DNA from: a virus
Lineage: Duplodnaviria > Caudoviricetes
Strand: one strand, 5' to 3'
DNA length: 64,000 nt
Virus record (IMG/VR): IMGVR_UViG_3300035034_000127
Coordinates: 8,031-72,030 of that record
Shown here: positions 51,897 to 59,578 of the stretch, one piece after another
How positions within the stretch are numbered: position 1 is the stretch's first letter
Layout: each line of letters opens with the position of its first letter
Program-made: the position numbers and the translations under genes
Notes under the pieces: model-generated
What the model saw: only the letters and a program-made list of their open reading frames with translations
Database searches by the model: none
Told to the model about the DNA's origin: nothing

Positions 51897-53616
51897 TAGC
51901 TTTCTAAATAAAAAAAGACTAACTTTTGCTTTGCTGGCAGCGTCTTGTTTAAAAGACAGCGCCGTCAGCGTGTCTTTGGCTATTAATTCTAAAAACGCAA
52001 GACAGGTATTACATCACATAGAAACAGGATCTACTATTGTACCCCAATGTCCTTGTGGTACTGCGTTAGCTTGGCATCCCGACAAATACTGCTATCGAAC
52101 GTATTGTTCAAACGCATGTACAGCCACATACACTGTTAAGGAAAAGAAAAAAAAGAACCTAGAATTACTGGGAGTAGAATGGCATTCACAAAGTGCGGAT
52201 TGGGCTAACAAGGTTAAAAAGACTAGTTTAGAAAAGTTCGGAGTAGACCATTACAGTAAAACTAATAGTTTCAATCAGGCAGTCAAAACCACTAACCTAA
52301 AAAATTACGGAGTAGAACACCCGGCGCAGAGCTTTGAAATTAAAGAAAAGATGATTGCAACTTGGAAAAAGAATCACGGCGTAACTAATCCAATGCAGCT
52401 ATTAAGCGTTCGACAAAAAGTTGCAGAAACAACATTTGATCGGCTAGGTGTACACAACGCATTCAGTTGTTTATTGGTACAACAGCAAATCAAGCAAACT
52501 AATCTAGATAGATACGGCGTAGAAAATCCTATGCAATGTGTAGATACTCAATCAAAGGTTGTTGCAACACGTAAAAAAAACTATTATACAACTGACACGC
52601 TAGATAAACTTCATTCGCCGGCCTGGTTATTTAAAGAACACGTTAGTGGAAAGACAATTACAGAAATTGCCAGCAACATTGGCGTAAGTTCCAGCAACTT
52701 AGCAAAGTATTTTCAAAAATACAATATTGACGTGATTCGGCATCGACAAACATACGCTGAAAAAAAGATGTTATCATTTTTTAATCACTATAATGTGAAA
52801 GTAATACCTAACAATCGAAGTATTATATCTCCGAAAGAACTAGACTTCTTTTTGCCCGAACATAATTTAGCAATTGAGATAAACGGAGTATACTGGCATA
52901 CTGAACAGTTTAACAAACACTCACAGTATCATCTTAATAAAACTCAGGAGTGTGCGCAATTGGGTATTGAATTATGGCAATTCTGGGATTACGAAATAGA
53001 ACAGTTATGGGAATTGATCACTCAGAAACTGCTATCCAGAATGCAAATACAACAAAAAAAGACAGGTGCTAGAAAACTAAAAGTAGTTAATGTAGGTAAA
53101 GAACAAAAAAGTGCGTTCTTTGCTGAATCTCACCTACAAGGAGACTGCGGTAGTTCTATAAACCTAGGACTAGTAGATCAACACCAAACATTGGTTATGT
53201 GTGCTAGTTTCAGTAAATCACGATTTTCAAAAAAACACAAATGGGAGCTAATAAGATTAGCCACAAAGAAAGGTAACCTTGTCGTCGGTGGGGCTAGCAA
53301 ATTAATAGCTCGTTTCTCGAAAGATTATATGAAACACAACGAGAACCTAGTAAGTTATTGCAATCGTAGGTTTTCTAGAGGTAACGTTTACCAAAAACTA
53401 GGATTTACCTGCATTTCATCCAATACACCAGGGTATGTATATGCAAAAGGCAATAGAATTATAGGCAGTCGACAGCAATGGCAAAAACATAAGCTGGCAG
53501 CTAGGCTGGCGGTTTTTGATTCGAGACTCACCGAAGTTGAAAATATGGCAGCAAGTTCCTGTTATAGGCTATGGGATTGCGGGCAAGATACTTGGGTACT
53601 AACTAAACTCCATTGA
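51871..53616 (+). CDS. Free-standing putative homing endonuclease (PD-(D/E)XK, Hef/Vsr-like) with Zn finger and about 23-aa repeats
   Basis: CPCG...YCSNAC; six K.T....YGV..P.Q-like repeats; HTH-like TITEIASNIGVS; nuclease ELDFFLPEHNLAIEINGVYWH; C-terminal HLQG...WELIRLA...GGASKL...WDCG domain. Confidence 0.75.
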   Translation: MSLTQKTIDSFLNKKRLTFALLAASCLKDSAVSVSLAINSKNARQVLHHIETGSTIVPQCPCGTALAWHPDKYCYRTYCSNACTATYTVKEKKKKNLELLGVEWHSQSADWANKVKKTSLEKFGVDHYSKTNSFNQAVKTTNLKNYGVEHPAQSFEIKEKMIATWKKNHGVTNPMQLLSVRQKVAETTFDRLGVHNAFSCLLVQQQIKQTNLDRYGVENPMQCVDTQSKVVATRKKNYYTTDTLDKLHSPAWLFKEHVSGKTITEIASNIGVSSSNLAKYFQKYNIDVIRHRQTYAEKKMLSFFNHYNVKVIPNNRSIISPKELDFFLPEHNLAIEINGVYWHTEQFNKHSQYHLNKTQECAQLGIELWQFWDYEIEQLWELITQKLLSRMQIQQKKTGARKLKVVNVGKEQKSAFFAESHLQGDCGSSINLGLVDQHQTLVMCASFSKSRFSKKHKWELIRLATKKGNLVVGGASKLIARFSKDYMKHNENLVSYCNRRFSRGNVYQKLGFTCISSNTPGYVYAKGNRIIGSRQQWQKHKLAARLAVFDSRLTEVENMAASSCYRLWDCGQDTWVLTKLH

Positions 53617-53641
53617 CATCAACAACTTAATGCTGTATAGT
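53613..53641 (+). promoter_or_regulatory. sigma70-type promoter for gp47-gp46
   Basis: TTGACA 53613-53618, 17-nt spacer, TATAGT 53636-53641; GAGG RBS before ATG 53665. Confidence 0.75.
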
Positions 53642-53664
53642 TTACTATAAATTAGAGGAAAAAA

Positions 53665-54672
53665 ATGTTTAATAAAGCAGCAGTTTTTACCGACATTCAC
53701 TTTGGTCTCAAAGGAAATAGTCGGGTACACAATCAAGATTGTGAAGATTTTGTTGACTGGTACATCGAAACCGCAAAATCCAACGGGTGTGAAACTGGAA
53801 TCTTTTGCGGAGACTGGCATCACAACCGAAATTCCCTAAACCTAACTACAATGGACGCGACAATACGCAGTTTAGAGAAACTAGGAGCAGCATTTGACAA
53901 CTTCTACTTGTTTGTAGGTAACCATGACTTGTATTATAAGGATAAAAGAGATGTAACGTCAATGAGTTTTGGACGGCACATTCCCGGCGTCACATTTGTT
54001 GACTCAATTCTAGAAAAAGATGATGTTGCTCTCATTCCGTGGCTAATAGGAGACGAATGGAAAAAAATTCAAAAGATCAAAGCCAAGTATATGTTTGGTC
54101 ACTTTGAGTTACCGCACTTTTACATGAATGCCATGGTACAGATGCCAGACCACGGTGAGCTTAAAGCTGAAAACTTTAAGAACCAGGAATATGTGTTCTC
54201 AGGTCACTTTCATAAAAGACAACAGCAAGGAAAGATACACTATATTGGTAATGCGTTTCCACATAACTACGCCGATGCCTGGGATGATAAACGAGGCATG
54301 ATGATATTAGAGAAAAACGGAGAACCAGAATTTATCGATTGGCCTGAATGTCCCAAATACCGAACAGTTAATCTTTCACAGCTGATCGATGAAGCGGATA
54401 CGTTAATTAAGAGTAAAATGTACCTTAGGGTAACGTTAGACCTTCCTATCAGCTACGAAGAAGCAAGTTTTATCAAGGAAACTTTCATTAATCAATACGG
54501 ATGTAGAGAAATTACATTGATTTCTCAAAAACAGATAGACGAATTGTCTACAGACTTAGATATTCAAGCATTCGAGAGTGTAGACCAAATTGTTGCTAAA
54601 GAAATTACCGAACTAGACACTAACAACTACGATAAGAAAATGTTATTAGATATTTACAACGGATTAGAATAA
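53665..54672 (+). CDS. gp47: Recombination nuclease subunit, Mre11/SbcD-like
   Basis: Metallophosphoesterase motifs DIHFG, GDWHH, GNHD, GHF, SGHFH. Confidence 0.92.
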   Translation: MFNKAAVFTDIHFGLKGNSRVHNQDCEDFVDWYIETAKSNGCETGIFCGDWHHNRNSLNLTTMDATIRSLEKLGAAFDNFYLFVGNHDLYYKDKRDVTSMSFGRHIPGVTFVDSILEKDDVALIPWLIGDEWKKIQKIKAKYMFGHFELPHFYMNAMVQMPDHGELKAENFKNQEYVFSGHFHKRQQQGKIHYIGNAFPHNYADAWDDKRGMMILEKNGEPEFIDWPECPKYRTVNLSQLIDEADTLIKSKMYLRVTLDLPISYEEASFIKETFINQYGCREITLISQKQIDELSTDLDIQAFESVDQIVAKEITELDTNNYDKKMLLDIYNGLE

Positions 54673-54673
54673 T

Positions 54674-56455
54674 ATGATACAGATACAGGATTTAACGGTT
54701 CGCAACTTTATGTCGGTTGGAAACTGTGCTCAAGCTATAGACTTTAGTAAAGAGCAACTAACACTGGTGCTTGGTGAGAACCTAGATCAGGGCGGGGGTG
54801 GTGACGGGAATCGAAACGCCACAGGGAAATCAACTATTATTAACGCGCTTAGCTATGCTCTTTATGGCCAAGCGCTGACTAACATCAAGAAAAATAATCT
54901 AATTAACAAGACCAACAGTAAAAATATGTTGGTCACTCTTCATTTTAAGAAGAGCAACGTGGACTATAGAATAGAAAGAGGACGAAGCCCCAACATTCTT
55001 AAGTTTTATGTGGATGATGCAGAACAAGACATGACTGATGAGTCACAAGGTGATAGTCGCAGAACACAGGACACGATTAACGACCTATTGGGTATGAGCC
55101 ACGATATGTTTAAACACATTGTTGCTCTTAATACCTATACTGAGCCGTTCCTGTCAATGAGAGCCAACGATCAACGTGCTATCATTGAGCAATTACTAGG
55201 TATTACTATACTAACTGAAAAAGCAGTGGCATTAAAAGAACAAGTACGAGTGTCTAAAGACTCTATAACCGAAGAGACACTAAAGATAGACGCAATTAAA
55301 ACAGCAAACGGCAAAATTGAGCAAAGTATAGCTACCTTGGTCAGCAGACAACGTGCATGGCAATCAAAGAAGAAGCAAGACAGTATAAAACTACAACAAG
55401 GTATTGACCAATTAGAAAAACTTGATATTGAGCTAGAACTTAGCGATCACGAAAAGTTGCAGCATTGGACTCAAATGAATACTGCTGTTACTGCTCTTAA
55501 TAAAGAGAAAAGTACACTAGATACTGCGTTAATGAGAGCAGATACTGCTGTGAGCAAGGTAAAAAAGAACATTGTTGAACTAGATGATGCTACCTGTTAC
55601 ACATGCGGTCAAGAATTACACGCAGACAAAAGGGATGAAATACAAAAGTCCAAAGAAAAAGAACTAGCTGATGCCACTGCTTATCAAAAAGAAGTAGTAG
55701 ACAAGCTAAAGAAGGTAATGGCCAATCTGTCTGAGATCGGCGAGCTGAATGGTAAGCCTATCACATTCTACGACAGTGCAAAAGAAGCATACGAACACCG
55801 CAGCAACGTTGAGAACCTAAAAAACACGTTAACTGCAAAACAGAACGACGAAGATCCGTATGAAGCACAAGTATCTGATCTAAAGACGTCAGCTCTGCAA
55901 GAAATTAACTGGATTACAGTAAATGAAATAACCAATCTAAAAGAACATCAAGAGTTTCTTCTCAAACTGCTAACAAATAAGGATAGCTTCATACGCAAAA
56001 AGATTATAGATCAGAATCTTGCCTATTTAAACAACAGGCTTACTAATTATCTAGACAGATTAGGTTTACCTCACCAAGTTGAGTTTCAAAACGACTTATC
56101 AGTTGAGATCTCTCAATTAGGGCAGGACCTTGACTTTGATAACTTGTCACGAGGCGAACGAAACAGGCTTATACTAGGTCTTAGCTTTGCTTTCCGCGAC
56201 GTTTGGGAGAGTTTGTATCAGAACGTTAACCTGCTGTTCATCGACGAGCTGATAGACAGCGGCATGGACACAGCAGGAGTTGAGAGTTCGTTAAGCGTAC
56301 TCAAGAAGATGGCAAGAGAACGAGAGAAAAATATCTTTTTGATTAGTCATAAAGATGAATTGATAGGGCGAGTCAATCATGTGCTTAAAGTTATTAAAGA
56401 AGGCGGATTCACCTCTTATGCGAACGATTTAGATGTAGTGGAGTCAACTCAATGA
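54674..56455 (+). CDS. gp46: Recombination ATPase subunit, Rad50/SbcC-like
   Basis: RNFMS, Walker A NATGKS, coiled coil with zinc hook CYTC, signature LSRGE, Walker B LLFIDE, ISH. Confidence 0.92.
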   Translation: MIQIQDLTVRNFMSVGNCAQAIDFSKEQLTLVLGENLDQGGGGDGNRNATGKSTIINALSYALYGQALTNIKKNNLINKTNSKNMLVTLHFKKSNVDYRIERGRSPNILKFYVDDAEQDMTDESQGDSRRTQDTINDLLGMSHDMFKHIVALNTYTEPFLSMRANDQRAIIEQLLGITILTEKAVALKEQVRVSKDSITEETLKIDAIKTANGKIEQSIATLVSRQRAWQSKKKQDSIKLQQGIDQLEKLDIELELSDHEKLQHWTQMNTAVTALNKEKSTLDTALMRADTAVSKVKKNIVELDDATCYTCGQELHADKRDEIQKSKEKELADATAYQKEVVDKLKKVMANLSEIGELNGKPITFYDSAKEAYEHRSNVENLKNTLTAKQNDEDPYEAQVSDLKTSALQEINWITVNEITNLKEHQEFLLKLLTNKDSFIRKKIIDQNLAYLNNRLTNYLDRLGLPHQVEFQNDLSVEISQLGQDLDFDNLSRGERNRLILGLSFAFRDVWESLYQNVNLLFIDELIDSGMDTAGVESSLSVLKKMAREREKNIFLISHKDELIGRVNHVLKVIKEGGFTSYANDLDVVESTQ

Positions 56456-56709
56456 CCGACGACGAAAGATTTGAAAAAGAAAAAGAATTAGACCCCGATG
56501 ATAGTCTTCACCAACAGTTGGTCCAGGCGTATCTAGACTATTTTGTTTCAATGGAACATTGGGAAGCTATGAAAACTCACCGTAGGTACTACGTTCTACA
56601 ACAGAGGCTTCGTAAAATAAAAAAAATTACGCATCAACGAAACGCAGAAGTGAAAGCACAGTTTCAAGAGGTATATCCAGAAGTTTTTAAGTCAAAACCG
56701 AAGCAGTGA
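56452..56709 (+). CDS. Hypothetical protein
   Basis: 85 aa, ATGA-coupled to gp46, GGAG RBS. Confidence 0.7.
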   Translation: MTDDERFEKEKELDPDDSLHQQLVQAYLDYFVSMEHWEAMKTHRRYYVLQQRLRKIKKITHQRNAEVKAQFQEVYPEVFKSKPKQ

Positions 56710-56735
56710 GGTGCTGTAGGTAGATATATAACTGT

Positions 56736-57170
56736 ATGCATTGGACCTATGAAGGCGTAACTATTATTGAGATACCAGACGAGTATGAAGGATTTGTGTA
56801 TCTCATTACCAATCTACAGTCCGGAAAAAAATATATTGGCAAGAAGCTGGCTAAGTTTAAAACTACCAAGCCACCGCTTAAAGGTAAAAAGAATAAACGC
56901 AGAGGCTTTAAAGAAAGCGACTGGAGAACCTATTGGGGTTCGTCAGATAAGTTAAATGCTGATGTAGCAGCTTTAGGACAGGAGCAATTTACTCGAGAAG
57001 TACTTTATTTTTGTAAATCAAGAGCAGAAATGTCCTACATTGAGGCAAAAGAACAATTTGATCGCAAGGTACTTGAAACTGATGACTACTACAACGGTAT
57101 TATCAATGTTCGAGTAGGCGGATCAGAGAAATTAAGACAGTCACTAATAGAAAACAAAAATTTAAAATAG
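56736..57170 (+). CDS. Small single-domain GIY-YIG nuclease (Seg/endonuclease II-like)
   Basis: GFVYLITN...KKYIGKK, YWGSS, F.REVL, conserved Glu (YIEAKEQ) and YYN; 144 aa with no separate DNA-binding extension. Confidence 0.8.
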   Translation: MHWTYEGVTIIEIPDEYEGFVYLITNLQSGKKYIGKKLAKFKTTKPPLKGKKNKRRGFKESDWRTYWGSSDKLNADVAALGQEQFTREVLYFCKSRAEMSYIEAKEQFDRKVLETDDYYNGIINVRVGGSEKLRQSLIENKNLK

Positions 57171-57195
57171 GCAAGACAGGCATCTTCAGGCAAAG

Positions 57196-57635
57196 ATTAT
57201 TTCTTAGTTGTTGCGAACAAAGCAAGAAGTAATACACACTTAGGCATCAAAACAACACACAAGGCTGGCAGGCCGGACTATAATACTGCTGTGAAACAGC
57301 CGGTTGGTACCCGGACACGAAACATGTTGAGACACTCCCCTTCGAGAGACATCGTCGTAGCTGAAAAGGCAAGCGAGTTAAGTATTGACATAGAACGTTT
57401 GTTGGCGTTCAAGAAAAAATCGCACACTCCTAAAAACTGTACATCTAGGAACGAAAGTACAGGCGGCATGTTAAAATGCTATATCGACGTAGGTTGGGAA
57501 AGGTCAGAACCCGTGGAGTGAACAAATACCTGCTTCCAATGTGTCTTGGCTGGAAATACTCACATGAAGTATATTCATTAAGCAGACGGAACCTTTAAAC
57601 AGGTTCCGTCTGACCAGAGCAATCTACATGAATCA
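57196..57635 (+). ncRNA. Candidate large structured non-coding RNA (family not recognised; boundaries and strand approximate)
   Basis: Only long intergenic region of the window; many complementary segments, including a 12-bp perfect hairpin (57583-57612), a pseudoknot (57428-57462) and long-range pairings (see findings). Confidence 0.6.
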
Positions 57636-57745
57636 TTCAAAACAAAAGAAAAACAATTGCTTAAATCACTTATACAAACAAATTACCAAATTCTTTTTAC
57701 TATATTCACTTAAGAAACTATTAGTTTGAGCGTAGAGCGAAAACT

Positions 57746-57766
57746 AAATGAGCAAAGCTCATTTTT
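57746..57766 (+). terminator. Hairpin, possible intrinsic terminator
   Basis: AAATGAGC-AAA-GCTCATTT followed by TT; preceded by the TAGTTT/AAACTA hairpin at 57722-57746. The stem is AT-rich, so the call is weak. Confidence 0.45.
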
Positions 57767-57768
57767 AG

Positions 57769-57776
57769 TATAAATA
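57769..57776 (+). promoter_or_regulatory. T4-type late promoter TATAAATA
   Basis: Exact T4 gp55 consensus about 30 nt upstream of ATG 57806. Confidence 0.75.
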
Positions 57777-57805
57777 CATCTATATACACTTGGAATAACT
57801 CTCAT

Positions 57806-58474
57806 ATGAAGATGCACGAAATTAATGAAACACCTCTTGATGAGCTGGATGGTGACGGCGTAGGTAGGTCTCTGGGAAAGGCAGCTAAGTCTGTTGGCAA
57901 GGGCATTGCTGATTTTGGTAAAGGATTTAAAGCAGGCTTTACTGGAAAGAGTAGACGTGCCACGCCATCTAATAGAACCGCTGCATCATCTAATAGAAGT
58001 GGTGCAACGCCTCGTCGACGCACAAGGCCAACTCCTGCTGGCACTCCACCACCTGAGACTACTCCAACTCCTACTGGCACTCCACCTGCCAATTCCAGGA
58101 ATGCTACTCAAACTGATACCTTTGCAAAAGCAAAATCAGATATTAGAAAAGTACAGGGCGGGCAAAAACCTATGCCTCATAACACTGCTGTTGTAATTAA
58201 CCGCGCACTAACACAGTTATCTAAAGGCAGCAAAGAGCATGGGGTATGGGCAGCAGAGAAAATTTTAAGATTCGCTAGCGCAGGAGTAAACGTTACTAGA
58301 CAACAGCAACAGTGGATAGCAAACGCTAAAGCAGGGGAACGATTCCTGACGCAGAGCAGATATCTTGAATTATCAAGAATGTTACGCGAGCATGGAATTA
58401 GGTGGATTGACTTAGGATTAAGGATCCACCTGGTTGAAAGCACTAATAAACTAGTTGGGATCAGTCGAGTTTAG
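57806..58474 (+). CDS. Hypothetical basic protein, possible internal head protein
   Basis: Late promoter; N-terminus MKMHEINETPLDE with I/L-x-E motifs; Arg- and Pro/Thr-rich linker. Confidence 0.6.
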   Translation: MKMHEINETPLDELDGDGVGRSLGKAAKSVGKGIADFGKGFKAGFTGKSRRATPSNRTAASSNRSGATPRRRTRPTPAGTPPPETTPTPTGTPPANSRNATQTDTFAKAKSDIRKVQGGQKPMPHNTAVVINRALTQLSKGSKEHGVWAAEKILRFASAGVNVTRQQQQWIANAKAGERFLTQSRYLELSRMLREHGIRWIDLGLRIHLVESTNKLVGISRV

Positions 58475-58683
58475 AAAAATGGAAGCCCAGTTTTTTTTGT
58501 GGTTTCCATGTTATGTTCAACAATGTCTCCTATAAGAAGCTTATCTTCGTAAGTTAGATAATAAGCTTCCTCATAGGTCACTCCACCTCTCATATACCAA
58601 CACATCTTTAGCAGCTCGGATTTTATTTCTTTTTGATCATTTTCATACTTGGTTACTTCTTCAAGGATCTGACCTGTACTCAT
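58471..58683 (-). CDS. Small baseplate hub / tail assembly chaperone partner (gp51-like position)
   Basis: 70 aa, CWYMRGGVTYEEAY.LT.ED; in the -1 frame of the upstream gene and reachable through a slippery site. Confidence 0.6.
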   Translation of the reverse strand: MSTGQILEEVTKYENDQKEIKSELLKMCWYMRGGVTYEEAYYLTYEDKLLIGDIVEHNMETTKKTGLPFF

Positions 58684-58694
58684 TGGTAAGATCC

Positions 58695-59567
58695 TTATCC
58701 GAAAAAATTTGATTGATCAAATGTGATTGGCACTGTCCATGTTGCTGGTGCACCTTTTTTAATATCTTCAGGTGAGGATACAACGTTAATTGGTTCGATC
58801 TCAAACTTTTCTTTTTGTGCATCTAGGTGTTCAGTTACTTTATTATAAAAATCTTTGTCAGCATTAGCAATAAACTCATCAATATGTTCTTGATTATCAA
58901 CTAGTGTATTATCATCAATTGATATTGATGAGATACATTTACTAATAGTTTTTACTGTTAGATTGGTTAACTTTGTAAAACTTTCATTGAACTTAGTTAG
59001 TTTTTCTTCTTCTGGAATATTTTCATTGTTTACTAATACAAAAATTCGCTGTTCTTCAAATGTTATAAGACTTGCTTCAGTAAACTCTTTATAAGTTAGT
59101 GGGCGCATCTTAATTTTCATATTGTCAATTTGAAGATTTGGTTCGTAACTTACAGTAACTAACTTATTAAGTAGTTGTCGTAGGTCGACTGAGAAAGTTC
59201 TCTCTTCTCCTGACTTAGGAACTTTTACCTCAAGATCCATCATTGCCCCGTAGGTAGCAATTCGAATTGCTATTAGGACAGCGTCTAGGTCAATGCTTGG
59301 CATAGCCCAAGGATTTTTGATTGCAGGAATACAACTTTGGATTAGATTCACTGTTGCTTGGCCGTTTAGCAATGCGTCTGGAGTTTTCATTGTGAGTTCG
59401 TCTTTTGCTGTCATTGCAAAAACAGGAAACTCACCGCTTTCAGGAATCTCTAAGGTACCAGGAGCATAAAAATGTCCTAGACTAGGAAGAGTAATGTAAA
59501 CTTTAGGTTGTCTAAAGTATTTCTTTAATGGGTTTTCGTTGTGATTAATTGTGTTTGGATCTACCAT
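58695..59567 (-). CDS. gp26: Baseplate hub assembly protein, gp26-like
   Basis: YITLPS.G, MTAKDEL..KTPDALLNG, IDLDAVLIAIRIATYG, I.MRPLTY, C-terminal FDQSNFF; GGAGG RBS. Confidence 0.7.
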   Translation of the reverse strand: MVDPNTINHNENPLKKYFRQPKVYITLPSLGHFYAPGTLEIPESGEFPVFAMTAKDELTMKTPDALLNGQATVNLIQSCIPAIKNPWAMPSIDLDAVLIAIRIATYGAMMDLEVKVPKSGEERTFSVDLRQLLNKLVTVSYEPNLQIDNMKIKMRPLTYKEFTEASLITFEEQRIFVLVNNENIPEEEKLTKFNESFTKLTNLTVKTISKCISSISIDDNTLVDNQEHIDEFIANADKDFYNKVTEHLDAQKEKFEIEPINVVSSPEDIKKGAPATWTVPITFDQSNFFG

Positions 59568-59578
59568 GAATGCCTCCG

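Noticed and set aside
57385-57415. TTGACA inside the gap as a sigma70 promoter
   Set aside because: No -10 hexamer at 16-18 nt. The TATAAT at 57279 likewise lacks a -35 box.
57278-57521. Short ORFs 57291..57521 (+) and 57278..57469 (-) in the intergenic gap
   Set aside because: Neither has a clear RBS or recognisable motif, and they overlap each other on opposite strands; dense base-pairing explains the region better than coding.
57171-57768. tRNA, tmRNA, RNase P, group I/II intron or CRISPR identity for the gap
   Set aside because: No cloverleaf or CCA end, no tmRNA termini, no RNase P GAGGAAAGTCC, no domain V, no interrupted host gene and no repeat-spacer periodicity seen by eye. A covariance-model search is still needed.
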